From contig OX597822.1 in the NCBI GenBank assembly GCA_951406725.2, positions 8,184,001-8,248,000 of the forward strand: a stretch of DNA of 64,000 nucleotides, read 5' to 3'. Each line of letters opens with the position of its first letter. Position 1 is the stretch's first letter. A program made the position numbers and the translations under genes. This DNA is from Octopus vulgaris. Lineage: Eukaryota. Shown piece after piece: positions 40,716-55,076 of this stretch. A model generated the notes under the pieces. It did no database searches. It was not told the DNA's origin and worked only from the letters and a program-made list of their open reading frames with translations.

Positions 40716-42710
40716 CCTCTTGATACTTATGTGTTAAAGGAAAAGAAAAATAGAAAAAGGAGATAAATGAATATCTGGTAAGAAGTTTGCAAAACCAGTA
40801 CCCAAAATATATTTTCAGTTCATACTGATTACTATTAGGGAAACTTTGGGGAAAGGCATAGCTGCATTTGTGTTTTTAGAGAGGGGGCGCAAATCCTTAA
40901 TTTAAACACTAAAATTAATCACGATATTTGGGACTATCAACACCTGCAGGACCTTTTTAATATTCAAAGTATGATGAACAAATAAGATGCTTTCCTTCAT
41001 AACCTTGCTTGCAAAGAGGTGCCCGGCCAAAACTCCTGCTGAATTAAAAGGAGAAAAAGAACATGCATACCTAATTACACACACACACATACACACACAC
41101 ACATATACTCACACACACAGAAACTCACAGACGCAACCACACCCACATACACACACAAACACATATATGCTTCGGAATGGCCACAACGAAGCTACTTACT
41201 ACCAAAGCGTGGTAAAGATACAAAATCCAATTAATGTTATTTGAAGTACACGTGCAAAATTATGTGAAATAGGCCCCGTGGTGAGCAAGCTTTCTATACA
41301 GATTAGCAAAAGTTTACTCACTGTTAATAAGGCCTGAAAAAAACATTTATATTGGATATTCCTTGGAACTCTTCCATAATATTTACGTCATTTTCTGCTC
41401 TTTTGAGAGTATGTGACAGTTTGCTACATATTCCCATCAGAATCCACCCTAGTTCTAGCTAAGCCGAGAAGCTAAACCATCAAAACGCACAAATGGCGCT
41501 AAGGAAGTTCTGGGGTTTGCTGAAAATCGTCTATTGAGTTTCGTAATTCATCATTTGAAACTGATTTTCTTGTGATTTTTTTTTTGTTTTCGTTTTTTCC
41601 TTTACACTACATACTATATATAATGAACATGTTGATATTCTTTACTCAGAATTGCTTGCATCTATCTTTAAGATATCTATTATAACGCAATGTCTTCAAA
41701 GCCTTGCAGTAAATCATTTCAGAGTTACGTTATGTTGGTCTCTAATATCCTTCCATACTATAATTTACTTTATCCTAAACCAATTTTTCAGTTGCTTTTT
41801 GCCGTCGACATTTCGCAAAATGAAATCGGAATTTAGCTGAGGCGAGGAAGAATTAGCTGCCGTATGTTCTCGCGTAAAAATAGAATTGATTAAATATAAA
41901 TTGGCAATGGTTCGATTCTCCATCTAATTCATTTATACACTGTTTGGAATTTGATTGAAAAGCACGGGATTAAGATGAGAAAACACACAAAAAAGATGTA
42001 TGTGAGAAAACCGTGTGTGAATGACAGTAATTCTCTTGGCCGATGTAGCTGCCAGGAAGATGTAAGTGGCGTGGAAGATAGAGACGGTTATGTCGATTAC
42101 ATCAACTGATAACGCTGTTTCATCATTTTCGCTCAATCACAACAACCCATCAGGTCACTAGAAAGCCGGAATATAACAAACAGACGAATTTCAATAAAAT
42201 ACTGAACAATTGATGTCAGAGCATTTCTTATCTTATGAGAAAATTCTAGGTGATATATAGATGCCTGTATTGGTGTATGCATCCACATATTTTCATGTAT
42301 CACCGCGCGTGTCTATGAACTGTAATGTGCGCTATGTGATGTTATGTATGTATGTTGCATGTATATGTGTGTATGTATATGTTAATGATGGAATTTATGT
42401 GTGTATTTTCAAGTGCTTATATGCCAATGAAACGTATTGAATCCTTAGAAAATGGGAAGTAAAATGGAAGAGGAAAACAGTCACTCATACAAAAGAAGAC
42501 AACCAGATGGAGCAGAATGGGAAGATTAAGGAAAGATAACAAGAAAGACTGGAGTAATTTTAGTCTGATGTACGAGAAAAGATTTAGAGTTTTTATCAGA
42601 CAGGTGAATGTGAAACACATTCTCCCACAGCAAATTGCATTCGTAGTCTAAAATAGATCAATGAATGTAATAGCCAGGAGAGAAATATAAAGACCACCTA
42701 CATAGATACA

Positions 42711-42880
42711 AAGGGCGGCGAACTGGCATGTTCGGTACTGTACCGGGGATAACGCTTAACGGCATTTTGTCCATCTTTACATTCTGGGTTCAAATTCCAT
42801 GCAGGTCCATGTAATCGACGTTCGCTTTCCCGAAATTGCTGTCCATGTGCCAAAATATATACCCATTTACCCCCCCCCCT
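42711..42880 (+). mobile_element. degraded SINE family A
   Basis: AGGGCGGCGAACTGGCA...GCTTAACGGCATTTTGTCCATCTTTACATTCTGGGTTCAAATTCC. Confidence 0.7.
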
Positions 42881-42881
42881 A

Positions 42882-43095
<214 letters not shown>

Positions 43096-43547
43096 TAAGC
43101 ATGCAGTTCTACTCTGTTGAGAATGGTGTTTCAAATTCCACACTTGTGTACACGGTACGGACGAGTAGAGAGACAATCAGGAGCGACAATCATTATAATT
43201 TTGTCAGCGTCATTTTATGTCTCAATTATGAATTGGATAAAACTACTGTTCGTTCGCTGTACAAGTTTATAAAGTCTTATTAGAGTTTGTCAATAGATTG
43301 ACGCTAATTTTCATTGCGCTCAATATTTGTTACTGGATTGATTTTTTTCCAAACTCTAACAGAATTAATGTAGCAGAGGTCTTTTACTGAGATGTTACAC
43401 AATAAATTCAGAGCCTGTTTCTAAGTTCATACATATTATATTTAATTATATCTGATCTTTGCCTGGTTCATTCTTGTGAATATAGTATTTATTAATATTC
43501 CCGATGTTATATGTCAAAAAAATATTTCGCTCTTATTTACCCAAACT

Positions 43548-43768
43548 AAGGCGGTGAGCTGGCATAAACGTTAGCACACCGGGTGAAATGCATACTGGTA
43601 TTTCGTCTGTCTTTATGTTCTGAGTTCAAATCCCGCTGAGGTCAATTTTACCTTCCGTCCGTTCAAGGTCGATAAATTAAGTACAAGTTGTGCATTGGGA
43701 TCAATCTAATCGATTGGCCTCCATCCCCCAAAATTTTGGTCCTTGTTCCTAGAGTAGAAAGGATTATT
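43548..43768 (+). mobile_element. SINE family A
   Basis: AAGGCGGTGAGCTGGCATAAACGTTAG...GAGTTCAAATCCC...AGAGTAGAAAGGATTATT. Confidence 0.9.
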
Positions 43769-44907
43769 TATTCAACTTCTTTCTTACTTGCTGTTTCTGA
43801 ATGAAGGACTGACATCTTTAGAGGCGTTCAAAAGAAATTAATGTGAAGCAACAATTAATTTAGTGTCAAGTTTTCCTGAAGGAAGATCGCGTTCAGTTAG
43901 TTCAGATAATCCTTCGGGAGGTTCACCACAAAATAACATCATTAGAGTGGATACAATAATTTTTCTCGGCATCTGTAAGCGCTGTCTTTAATAGTAAAGC
44001 ATTTTTCCAAAATGTATAACAAGCACATCGATCATCATGCTAGACGAGTTTTACCAGGAAAAGAATATTCCATATAATAGCAACAGTTATCTTTAGAGAA
44101 AATTACATTGTAAATTATCACTCTATGATGCCACTTTTATCGAGAAGTATCCACTTATTTGCAGAGCTTAAGTAAATCTTTCAACATATTCGTAACGAAA
44201 TTACCTAATATATTCGACCTGTACCTTTGCAATCCCTCTGCCAATATTTCATGTAGAATTTATTCGTCGATATCCATACGAGTCTTAAAATTCTGCAAGG
44301 CATGACCCCATGAACTTGCGTTTCGATATCACAATGAATGCCAAAATGAGTGTGTTTCTCAAACGAAAGCCAACTGTGTAGCTTGAACACTCTACTGATG
44401 AGCTTCTACCAGTTTTCGACTTGAACTTCACACAGCTATGGCTAAAGTGAGCAGTGATGATGCATCGTATTGTATTAACGTTTCATTCCTTGTATGTGAA
44501 TAATAATTTCATAATACAACGAATATTCCGCTTTTGATATATGTCACTAATTGTAGAATGAGAATATGCTATATTCTTCTTGGCATTGTTTACCACCAAT
44601 ATTTGTTGATTCGACTCTATTTACAGGCTGCTCTTCCTTTGTTCTTCTAATCGTTCTTATCACAGATGACTGGAGCTTCTACTAAGCTAGATCGCAGCAA
44701 CACATTTGATCATAAAGTAATCCAGTTGAATATAAATTGCTCGTGACATTGACAGGTGAAATATTTGTTTCTAATATAGATGTTAATTTTAAGATATAGT
44801 TGCGCATTTTAAATATATAATGTGCAAAACAAAGTTTCCGTAGTTGAAATAGAGGACATACGAGCCACAAACACTGTTAAATTAATGAGTGCAAACACCA
44901 ATATACA

Positions 44908-45424
44908 TCTATATATATAAAACTGTAGTTGTGTGAGTATCTGTCCCCTTCGATTTAGATTCCTAACTACTCCCACATTTTGCGGTGCAGTTTAACCAAA
45001 TTCGGGTATCTTATAGTCGTGATTCATATCAAGCCCGTTTGAGTATTAGCGCGCGTCTACGATGAGTCTACGATTTTAAAAATAATTTAACGTCATTTTT
45101 TATTCCATTTTAATGCATAATTTTTCGTGTGTCGATGGCGGCGGAGTTGGCGTCCACGCTCAAACACCTGCACTTGTGTTTGCTTCTCCCCCTTCTTCCC
45201 TCCCTCGTGAAGCTGTGGGGAAGGGAGTGTAAGGAAATCAACGTCGTAATGCGTTGTCAAGGAGACCAGCATTCTTTTAGAACAACGACTTCATGGCTTG
45301 AAGACACCAAAACAGAAATGGCTAAGAAAGCCCGAATTGGCATCTATAAGGGAAGTAACTCTCTAAAAATGCTTATATAGTTATTTCCCTTACAAACCCG
45401 AGCAATGCCGGGCGATACTGCTAG
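44908..45424 (+). mobile_element. complete non-autonomous Helitron
   Basis: A|TCTATATATATAAAA start; subterminal hairpin CCCGAGCAATGCCGGG (45397-45412); CTAG|T end; no TSD. Confidence 0.88.
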
Positions 45425-46274
45425 TTATTTATAAAGGAATATGATTTTTGACACGAGTAGCACTGTTTAGAAATGAGTTTTAAAACGTGGTTGGCAATTT
45501 TTAAAGGATTCATTTATATTAGCTACATCAGTTGCATAATTTCAACGCTTTCCAGATCATCTGTGTGATTTAAAGACCTGGATCGTCGACATAGTATTAC
45601 AGAGAGCCGTTTCGATATTTCTGATGCCGGTAATTAATCCCAGTGTGATTGTTTGAAAAGGGTAATGCAGACAGGCATGTGATATAGTTAGGTCTCTGTT
45701 AAATCCGCGTACATGTACAATAGTACATGTTACTGCATGAATGATAATCACGTCAAATGATAAAGCTCTGTTTAGACGCTTTGTAGCTGATTTAGTCGTA
45801 GTGTTTAGTTTTGAAAAACATATTAAACATGTTCTCTTTATTTTTTCGGTGATTGGTGTGCAATTATGATATAACAAATGTGAAATGGGAAAATTGTGGG
45901 TATTTATTTGGTTCTAATAAATCTAAATAATCACTTAGTGCAATAATAGTTTCTTATCGAGAAGTGGTAAATCTGTATCATCGCGGCAAGCTTCGCTCGT
46001 GATGCGCATGCTTCGTTTTATCCATCATATACAATCTCCATACAGCTGGTGAATTGACCTATTTCAGTAAAATGTCATGTTAAATTGAGTGTATAAAATG
46101 CGGGTTTCATAATAGTAAAGGAAATTCTGCTATTAAAGAGACCTCATATATTCTGCTTTTGCTTCCGCTTTTAGTATGTAATTTCTCGCTGGAGAATAAC
46201 TTTCTAGGAATTTTCTTTGCATTTGACTTTATTTTTTGCATGTGAGTAAGTATATTGTGCAAGAGTATATACAT

Positions 46275-46334
<60 letters not shown>

Positions 46335-47342
46335 GTTGATACTACGTATACAGCTTGTTCACCGTTAGAGTGCGAAATAGCGTGACTCTTTCAGGTGACT
46401 CTTTCAAAACACGGCGTGTTAAGACACATCACCCCAAATACCATTGAAGAGAGACGGACATCGATGTTTTGCCATTTTTGTAGCTTATGAAAAATACAGA
46501 CCTGAACAGAATATTAGGCGAACTGAATTACCGGTCCTTCACTATATACAAATAATATACATGTCATTTGCCGGTATGTCTTGACAATATATACGTAAGT
46601 ACATTAGAATAAATTCAAATATGAACTAGAAGTCCCGCTGGTGTTGTGAACAGTATCAAGCATACATTCTAAATATGAGTGATATACCTGTTCTCTGGTA
46701 GGCTACTATATACATATGTATGTGTGTGTGTGTATGTGTGCGTGCGTGCGTGTATGTGTGTGTGCATGTGTGTGTATTGTCTGTATTCTTTTATCTACTG
46801 TTTTATTCTTTTATAGGCCGTGAATTCTCAGTCTAGAACTTTCCTACGTGCTCACATTGTCTCTGATCACGAGATACCCAGTATATGGAGATGCTAACAT
46901 ATCGCTTGGGATATCCCCGTTACAGGTGTAAGACATTCAATAATTAATTAATTAATTAATTAATTATTTCAAATTCCCCTTATTCTAAACTCAAATTGAA
47001 TATTTTAAATTACTTGAGATACTCGTCTTGCCTTGCTTTTGTTGATCCTATTTCTCTTTTATAAAGAACAGAATAGAATAAGCAGAGCAAGAGCAAACAC
47101 AAAGACGGAAAGTATCACTGAAGAGGTCACAGATGTGTGACGAAAGATTTCCGGACAATGGACATGAGTTACAATAAGAACGGTAAGAAACGAGGGAAGA
47201 ACGAATATTTAGTGCGTGTGATTATTTGACTAAAACAATAAATAAATGTATGACCATCTCAAAATACAACCACATATATATATATTCATTCATGTACATA
47301 CATGTATATCACACACACACATACACAAACACACACAGACAG

Positions 47343-47391
<49 letters not shown>

Positions 47392-48985
47392 CATTCAAGT
47401 ATGTAAGTGCATACATGCGTGTATGTAAGTTTCTAAGGAGCAATAGATAGAGGAGTTCCCCAAATCATGTGAGAACAGGGAACATGCACAAAAAGATGAA
47501 TTCATAATTTTATTAGCTAAAAAGATGTTTGCTGATTGGTGGCCAGGCAATTGTACAGAATTAAGCAATGTCACAACATATCTATTGATTCCTTCTGGCA
47601 GCCCAAGAAAGGTGCATAAAATAGCTATATATTTCAGTAGATGAAACTGTTAGCTTATCAATGGGAAAAGTGTGTACCATTTCCATATAAGATAGCACCT
47701 AATACAGAATACACAATTTTGCTTATTCCCGAACAAATTATAGTTATGTCTGATATTTATTTTCTAAGATATGAAACCTAATTATTTGAGTAGTTTCTCA
47801 AGTGATGTGAGGGAGACGCCGTTTCATTTCCATTGTTAGCCATTGAAAGACGTGGTTAAATCATTTTTGAAATTCTATTTATCATGAACCTAATGCAGTA
47901 ATGAATAATACCGAGTATAGATGAAGAGTGAATTCGATCCAAAATATGCTAGCAACTAAGTTTAACTGGATTACAATTTTGAACTTCTAACATATTTGTA
48001 ATCGCTTTCGGTTATCTTCTGTATGTCCAACAGGCAAGCATATTTGCCATCGAAATTATTTTGTGTGTTTCATATTCGGTGTTAGGCTATTGAGCTTTCA
48101 ACATCTTGGACTTTCACTCCATATTCAATATGTTCTAGACCTCTTTGCCACTTCGTAATTTTTGTTTTTACTATTGTAAGGACACAAACACAAATACATA
48201 TCAGAAATATTTCATTTACAAACTTCAGGACAAGAGCGCTTTTCTCTAATGGAAGGGACATTTCAGTTACGCAGGCACGCCTTCAAATTCACTTACACAA
48301 ATGTATCCCCTCCATACCATCTTACACCGCAGGATCAGCAAGCACGTTCATAACTGTCCCTGCAATTACAGAGACGCTCACAAGTCCCGAAATTCTCCTT
48401 AACCAAATCAAAAAAAAAATATGTGTATACAATTATTCATACGCAAACATCGCCAAACTCACAAGAAGCTGCATATCACCTTACGCTAAGCGACATACTT
48501 AAACTCTCACATTGGTACCAACATACCCACCTACACTTCTTTCTTGGTTCTTTCATGGAACACACTCCTCTCTAACACTGTCTCTCATCATCACCATGAC
48601 ATCTTTTCACAAATTATTCAATGAATATGTATATGTGTTTTACTATTTCCATGCATAATCACATTCTCTCTCGCCACTTATCTCCCTCTCTCTATCTGTG
48701 CATCTCTCTTTTATTACCGTATTTATATTCATGCCTTGTCTTTTCAATTTCTGCTTCCTACAAGGAATAACTTCAAAAGTAACTTGAGAATCTTCTCGAG
48801 CGATAAACTACAATGAGACTCATTCTATACATTCTTCAGGAGCTACACTTTCTAAGCCGAATATGAAGTGTTTTGAAATAAAATTACGCGCGCACACGCA
48901 CACTCATATACATGCATAAATACACAAACAGACATACACACACACGCACGCACTGAAAAATGTTCAATTTCATATAAATTGTCTA

Positions 48986-49159
48986 TTTGCTCCAGTCATT
49001 TGAATGTGGCCATGCTGGAGTACCGCCTTTAATCTATCAAATCAATAAAATATTCTATCCGTTCTCTTTTGCTGAACCGTTAAGTTACGGGGACAAAAAG
49101 ATATCAACATCGGTTGTCAAACGGAAGCGAGGGGGAAAAGGCACACAAACACATACACA

Positions 49160-49199
<40 letters not shown>

Positions 49200-49366
49200 C
49201 ATATATATACGACGGGCTTCATTCAGTTTCCGTCTACAAAATCCACTCGCAGAGCTTTGGTCGACCCGATGCTATAGCAAAAGACACATGCTCATGGTGC
49301 CACGCAGTGGAACTGAACCCTGAATTTGGGAAGTAAGTATCTTACTACGCAGCCACACCTATGCCT
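48986..49366 (-). mobile_element. SINE family C
   Basis: Reverse complement of the 11801-12172 element, including the internal CA/TA repeat. Confidence 0.85.
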
Positions 49367-50481
49367 ATATATATATAGGATGAAGTTGTTTTTTTACTGA
49401 AAGAAATTCATCAAAAATTGGCAGCATATTAAAATACTTTTAAAGGTTAAAATTATAAATAATTTTTTTAAACAAACATTAAAAAAAAATTCTATTGACT
49501 AGCTTCCTGATTTCAGTACAACGTATTTCTGTAGTGAGTATAATATGTGGAACTTGACGATTTAAAAGTCTGTTATCAGCATATTGGCAGGGAAATAATT
49601 GCTTTTGCCATTGTTTATAAGGTATATATATATATTTATATATTTATATATTTATATATTTAGAGAGAGAGAGAGAGATACGTATATATGTAAATGCATG
49701 TTTAGGTACGTATTTGTGTAACGATGTATGTGGACATAAACTATAATATTTAATAATTTTTAACACAAACGCCTTCACTCCGCGTCTGAATACATGTCAG
49801 TCGTGGATATACTTGTAATTGCATCCACATATGTAGATAAATCCTCATGTGCGCCAAATCAAAGTGCACAATTGTGCAGACTAACATTTATATGTGAAAA
49901 TTTCAGACAAAGAAAAAAGAAAGATGTTTGCAACAATAAATTGCATTAACACTTTTGAGAAATACATACAAAATCTAATAAATATCTATAATTTCCAGAT
50001 TCCAGACATATTATTCTATTGTATAAGTGCATTTCCTATAAAAGACAATACTGGCAGTAATTACAAGATATTCCACAAATTGTCTTTGAATTTAATTATA
50101 GAGTATGATGTGTTTTCTAATAGGAATGTACCGGAGAGACTACTGTGTATCTTAAAATTGCTACCATTACCATTAACGTAATGAAACGATTTACGGCATG
50201 AACTTTATTTTAGTATTCTACTTCTGGGGGGGGGGGATATAGATGTGTGTTGTGTGTGCGCCTGTCTCTCTGTTGATTGCATCCTAGCCTGAGTGTGTAT
50301 GAGTGTCTATGGATATTTATAAGCAGACAACAGATATTAGTATTGCGTCGTATACGTATATACATACATTTATATATGTATATATAAACATATACGTATA
50401 TATATATGTATATATATATGTACATACATATATATACATGCATGTGTATATGTATATATATATACATGTATATCTATATAC

Positions 50482-50516
<35 letters not shown>

Positions 50517-50600
50517 AACCAGCTTAGAGAAGAAGAAGAAGAAACGAAATGAAACGAAACGAATCGAAGCGAATCGACGTGAAGGCGCTCAGTCATACAA

Positions 50601-50951
50601 TAGTGTAATAAATAAAATATATGCATACATACAAACATATATGTACGTACCTACATCTATATGTATATATACATGCATATATACATATATATACGTGTGT
50701 ATAGGACACCACAAACGAAAAAACAGAGTACAAGACAACTACACAAGGAAAAATCCCCTTCATCAGCCGTTCTTGTGAAAGGAATGGTCCGTTCCATGGT
50801 GTTTTTACGTTTTCGTTTCTCGTTGAGTTCTACGTCTATTTGTGGTGTCCTGTACACACGTATATATATTTATATATGCATGTATTTATACATGTAGATG
50901 TAGGTACGTACATATATGTTTGTATGTATGCATATATTTTATTTATTACAC

Positions 50952-50953
<2 letters not shown>
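50601..50953. mobile_element. fold-back element with ~115-bp inverted ends
   Basis: TAGTGTAATAAATAAAATATATGCATACATACAAACATATATGTACGTACCTACATCTA...GGACACCACAAA is mirrored at ~50838-50953; homologous to 4755-4972. Confidence 0.8.
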
Positions 50954-50987
<34 letters not shown>

Positions 50988-51116
50988 CATGTTTGTGTAT
51001 TATTGTGCCTTTCGAAAGAGAGAGAAATAGACAGATACACACATACATGCACCCAAACACACACACACGCGTACACACACACACATACATACACACACAC
51101 ACATGTATATATATAT

Positions 51117-51971
51117 GAAGAGAAGCGTAGTTCTGGGATTAAGGTGTTGCATACACGATCACGGGTTCGTTCCTCGGGCCGACTTAGATAGCCGAATAAA
51201 GACACAGGAAGACCGAGATCGCTACAGCTTTTGGTCTAACCGTGTCATAAGGTGTAGTTAGAGATAAGGTCGGTAACTCACTCACAACAGGTTCGTATGA
51301 AAGGTTTCTTGGACAGCATAACTGGACGGAAGCTGGTGGTGCCTTGATGGCGGGGAGCTGAGAGGTACAAGGCCGATGTGTGTCTGTGTGTAAATGTGTA
51401 TAACAGATATATAAAAGAGTAACTATTCATGTGTAATTGGTTCTATGAGCGTGTACGTGCGTCATATTTGTGTGCGTGAGTGTGTGTACATGCGAACTGG
51501 TTTGTGTTAGTGCCTGCTATATACCCGTGTCTTGTTGGAACGTGCTTAAGACGCATGTATAATTGAGTAGGTTACAGATATATAGTTGTGTAGTTGCAAC
51601 CCTGCATTGCTGGCGGAGGTTTGGTTGCGTGGACATGGGAGAGAGAAGGCTATACATACATTGGTGTGTGTGTGTGTGTTTGCGTGTATGAGTATGTACG
51701 TTCTACTGTTTCTGTATAAACGCGTGGGTGCGTGCTTGCTTCCGAAAGTGAACGTAAATACTGGCGTGCATGTCTGTGTATACGTTTGTGTGTGTTTGAT
51801 AGAAATGCATGTTTATCTCTAACTACACCATATGACACGCTTAGATCAAAAGCTGTAGCGATCTCGGTCTTCCTGTGTCTTTATTCGGCTATCTAAGTCG
51901 GCCCGAGGGACGAACCCGTGATCGAGTGATCGTGTATGCAACACCTTAATCCCAGAACTACGCTTCTCTTC
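51117..51971. mobile_element. fold-back element/MITE with ~150-bp near-identical TIRs in (TA)n
   Basis: 51117-51267 is the reverse complement of 51813-51971; the right arm has an ~8-bp GTGATCGA duplication. Confidence 0.9.
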
Positions 51972-52053
<82 letters not shown>

Positions 52054-52122
52054 GTGCGCGTGTGTGCGTGTGTTATATATATAGAATTTTTCTGTAATGT
52101 AATATGTGAGAATTATTTGGTC

Positions 52123-52194
52123 GCCATAATAAAACTCTGAGTTTCGGATGTCGGCGCGGAAACCTGCTCCGGCATCTCGTCAGTTATGAAGGCC
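52123..52194 (-). ncRNA. minimal type I hammerhead ribozyme candidate, GUU site
   Basis: AUAA-CUGACGA-GAUGCCGGAGC(AGGUUUCC)GCGCCGACAUC-C-GAAA-CUCAGAG-UU-UUAU; long GC-rich stem II and pseudo-palindromic stem III. Confidence 0.65.
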
Positions 52195-53169
52195 AAAAAA
52201 ATGCTATGAAAATGATCGTTAAACAAAAGGAAATTACTATGTGATTGACCGTTATTAAGACAAAAGAGCTATATGGAAAGATGGCTCATCAGGAAAAGCA
52301 GCTTAGTCCACGCTACATATCAAAATTCAAGAACTGAACCTTCTGGATCATGCCCACATATGGCTAACTATTTGTTACGTTTTTGATGCTCCAAGATCAC
52401 AGATAGAACCTGCTTTTTATATTGTGTCCACGTACACGCATTTTATCTCTCTCTACATTTTTATATATATATTTTAATACTTTTACACACACATACACAC
52501 ACACATACACACACACATATATATATATATATATTTTTATTGCTTGATATATTTTTACATATTTTTTTCTGTATTTTACATTTCACCCTGCATTTGTCTT
52601 GTGCAAGTGCGTATAAAGACGTGCATATGAACATTTTTGTGCGCGTATGAGTATATACGTGTGTGTGTGTGCGTGTCTGTGAGTATATATATATGTACAT
52701 ATGTATGGTTGCATATATATATGTGGGTGTACATGCATGTGCTCCATGCGAGTGTGAGTGAACATATGCATATATAGCATATGCGTTTTTAGACGTGTAT
52801 TTGAATATAATTGTGCACGTGTATGTTTGCGCGCGTGTCTGCGAATACGTATATGTGTACATCGTGTGTGTGCGTGCGTGTGCGCTGGTATGTATATATG
52901 TATATATGTACATGCATATGGTTGCATATATATGTTGGTGTAGGATCTTTAATCTTCGAACAGCAGATCGAGAAATTAATTTTTTGCAACTACGCACATT
53001 CGAACTTCGGACACTGGTAGAATGTGTCATATAAAACATCTTGTACTCTTAATGTTGTTCAGAAACATTTGTATATTCAAAGTTATTTCGTGTTAAATTT
53101 GTCGTATTTCGGTAATTTCGCCCAATCAATGATGTGTATTCAGCTGAATAAACTTACTGCTGTTATTTG

Positions 53170-53418
53170 TCGCTATGCAGATGATACAACCCTGCTGGCG
53201 GAGAGTGATAAGGATCTGGAGGATCTTGTCCTGCTGGTCAAGAAAGAGAGCGAGAAATTTGGGCTGTACCTCAATGTTAAGAAAACGAAGATCTTGTCAA
53301 CAGCAGCCACAACAAACATCAGCATCAAGATCGATAATGAAGAGATTGAAGTGGTTGATGATTTTATCTTCCTTGGCTCCAAAATAAATCGAGATGGTGA
53401 CTGCACTCCAGAAATAAG
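53170..53418 (+). pseudogene. RTE-clade (BovB-like) LINE reverse transcriptase fragment
   Basis: Stop-free RYADDTTLLAESDKDLEDLVLLVKKESEKFGLYLNVKKTKIL...IEVVDDFIFLGSKINRDGDCTPEIR. Confidence 0.92.
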
Positions 53419-53474
53419 GTCTGCTCGCTGTGAAACATATGTAGCCCGGATATTATCTCTTCCATTCCTTATCT

Positions 53475-53536
<62 letters not shown>

Positions 53537-53608
53537 TGTGTGCGGATATATATATATACATATAAATATATATATATATTTATTTATTCATATATTTATG
53601 TATTTATA

Positions 53609-53652
<44 letters not shown>

Positions 53653-54713
53653 CAATTATATACATACAAGTATGTCTACATACTCACAGACACCAAAATA
53701 CCGTTTATATATTAACTTTTACTATTTATTCCTTACTTTGCAGGTAACCTTTTTTCACCCGCTACACATTCTCAAGCTAATATTTCATAATGTAAAATTC
53801 CTAAACAGCTTTGGCGAGTAATGTTTTTGTTCCTAGTAAGCGTCCCCATCCTAAGTTCTGAAATTCAGAACCTTCTATCTGTTCCTATTGTTGCTTCTCT
53901 TTTACACTCCTCCTTACCTCTGTTATCACCTCTGTAGTATATCAACAGAATTTTATAAGTAATTTCAGCCTCATTAGCAAATTCATACATACACTGTATT
54001 TCAGGAAGTTTATTTCAAAATTTAGTTTTTGCTTTTGGATTTTGTTTGCTTGTATTTTTTTCTTTGTTGGTATTCCATAATTTAAGTAAAAGTAATTTCA
54101 TCTCGAAATATAAATGTTGTCAATTTACTGATGTGCACGGCATTGTAAACTATATTAATAAAACTATAGGACTTCTCAGGATTCATTTTATTTCATCGTT
54201 TTAACATCTTAGCCAAAATTTAGTTACTTAATTACAAATACAAACATTCATTAGACTATGGAAGAACTTCAGTCAATAAAATAAAGTAAAAAAATTATTT
54301 GGCATAATTAGAAAGAAGTTGCTTTAGGGAAAATGGTGGAAGGACGGGACGAGAAAAGTAATATCACACCAAAATGAAAGATACATGTGATTATCATCTT
54401 TCTATGAGAAGCCATGTAACGACATTTTAATGTTTTGCGCATGAATACGTCAGTGGGAGTCTCCACAGATGTTTGCAGCACAAAAGATCTTGAGAATATC
54501 TAATATAACATTATTATTTGGTTTTACAATCCCCTAGGCTGTAAATAAAACATCTACTCCCAAAATAACCATCCATTTGTTAAAGCTGACGGTTGTTATT
54601 AATTAATGAACATATAAATTTTATGCGCGCACAGTCATTAAGGAGGCGGATACATAACCATGCAGACACGTACACAAAAGAATATACACCTATGATATTT
54701 TACCTATTGATTC

Positions 54714-55076
54714 AAGCGGCCAGCAGGTAGGATCATTAACACACTGGCCAAAATATTTAGCGACACTTAGCCCGGCTTTACGTTCTGAGTTCAAATGCCA
54801 CCAGAGATAAATTTGCCTTTCATCACTTCGCGCACTGAGATCGATGTGAACGATTAATCCTCTTCCTTCAACTTGCTAACCGTGCGCAAAAATCTGATAT
54901 CAATATATTAAGGCGACGAGGTGACAGAATAGTTAGCAGGCCGGACAAAATGCTTAGCGGCATTTAGTCCGTCTTTACATTCTGAGTTCAAAAATCCGCC
55001 GTGGTCGACTTTGCATCTCATTCTTTCAGGACAGACAATGCTTACTAGTTAAGCACTGGCGTCGATATAATCGCTT
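54714..55076 (+). mobile_element. two adjacent diverged SINE family A copies
   Basis: Heads AAGCGGCCAGCAGGTAGGATC (~54714) and AAGGCGACGAGGTGACAGAATAGTTAG (~54910), each followed by TTCTGAGTTCAAA. Confidence 0.8.

Noticed and set aside
47112-47155. CUGAAGA-G-GUCACA(GAUG)UGUGAC-GAAAGAUUUC hammerhead-like core
   Set aside because: Stem II is good, but no stem I pairing adjoins the core; probably chance or heavily decayed.
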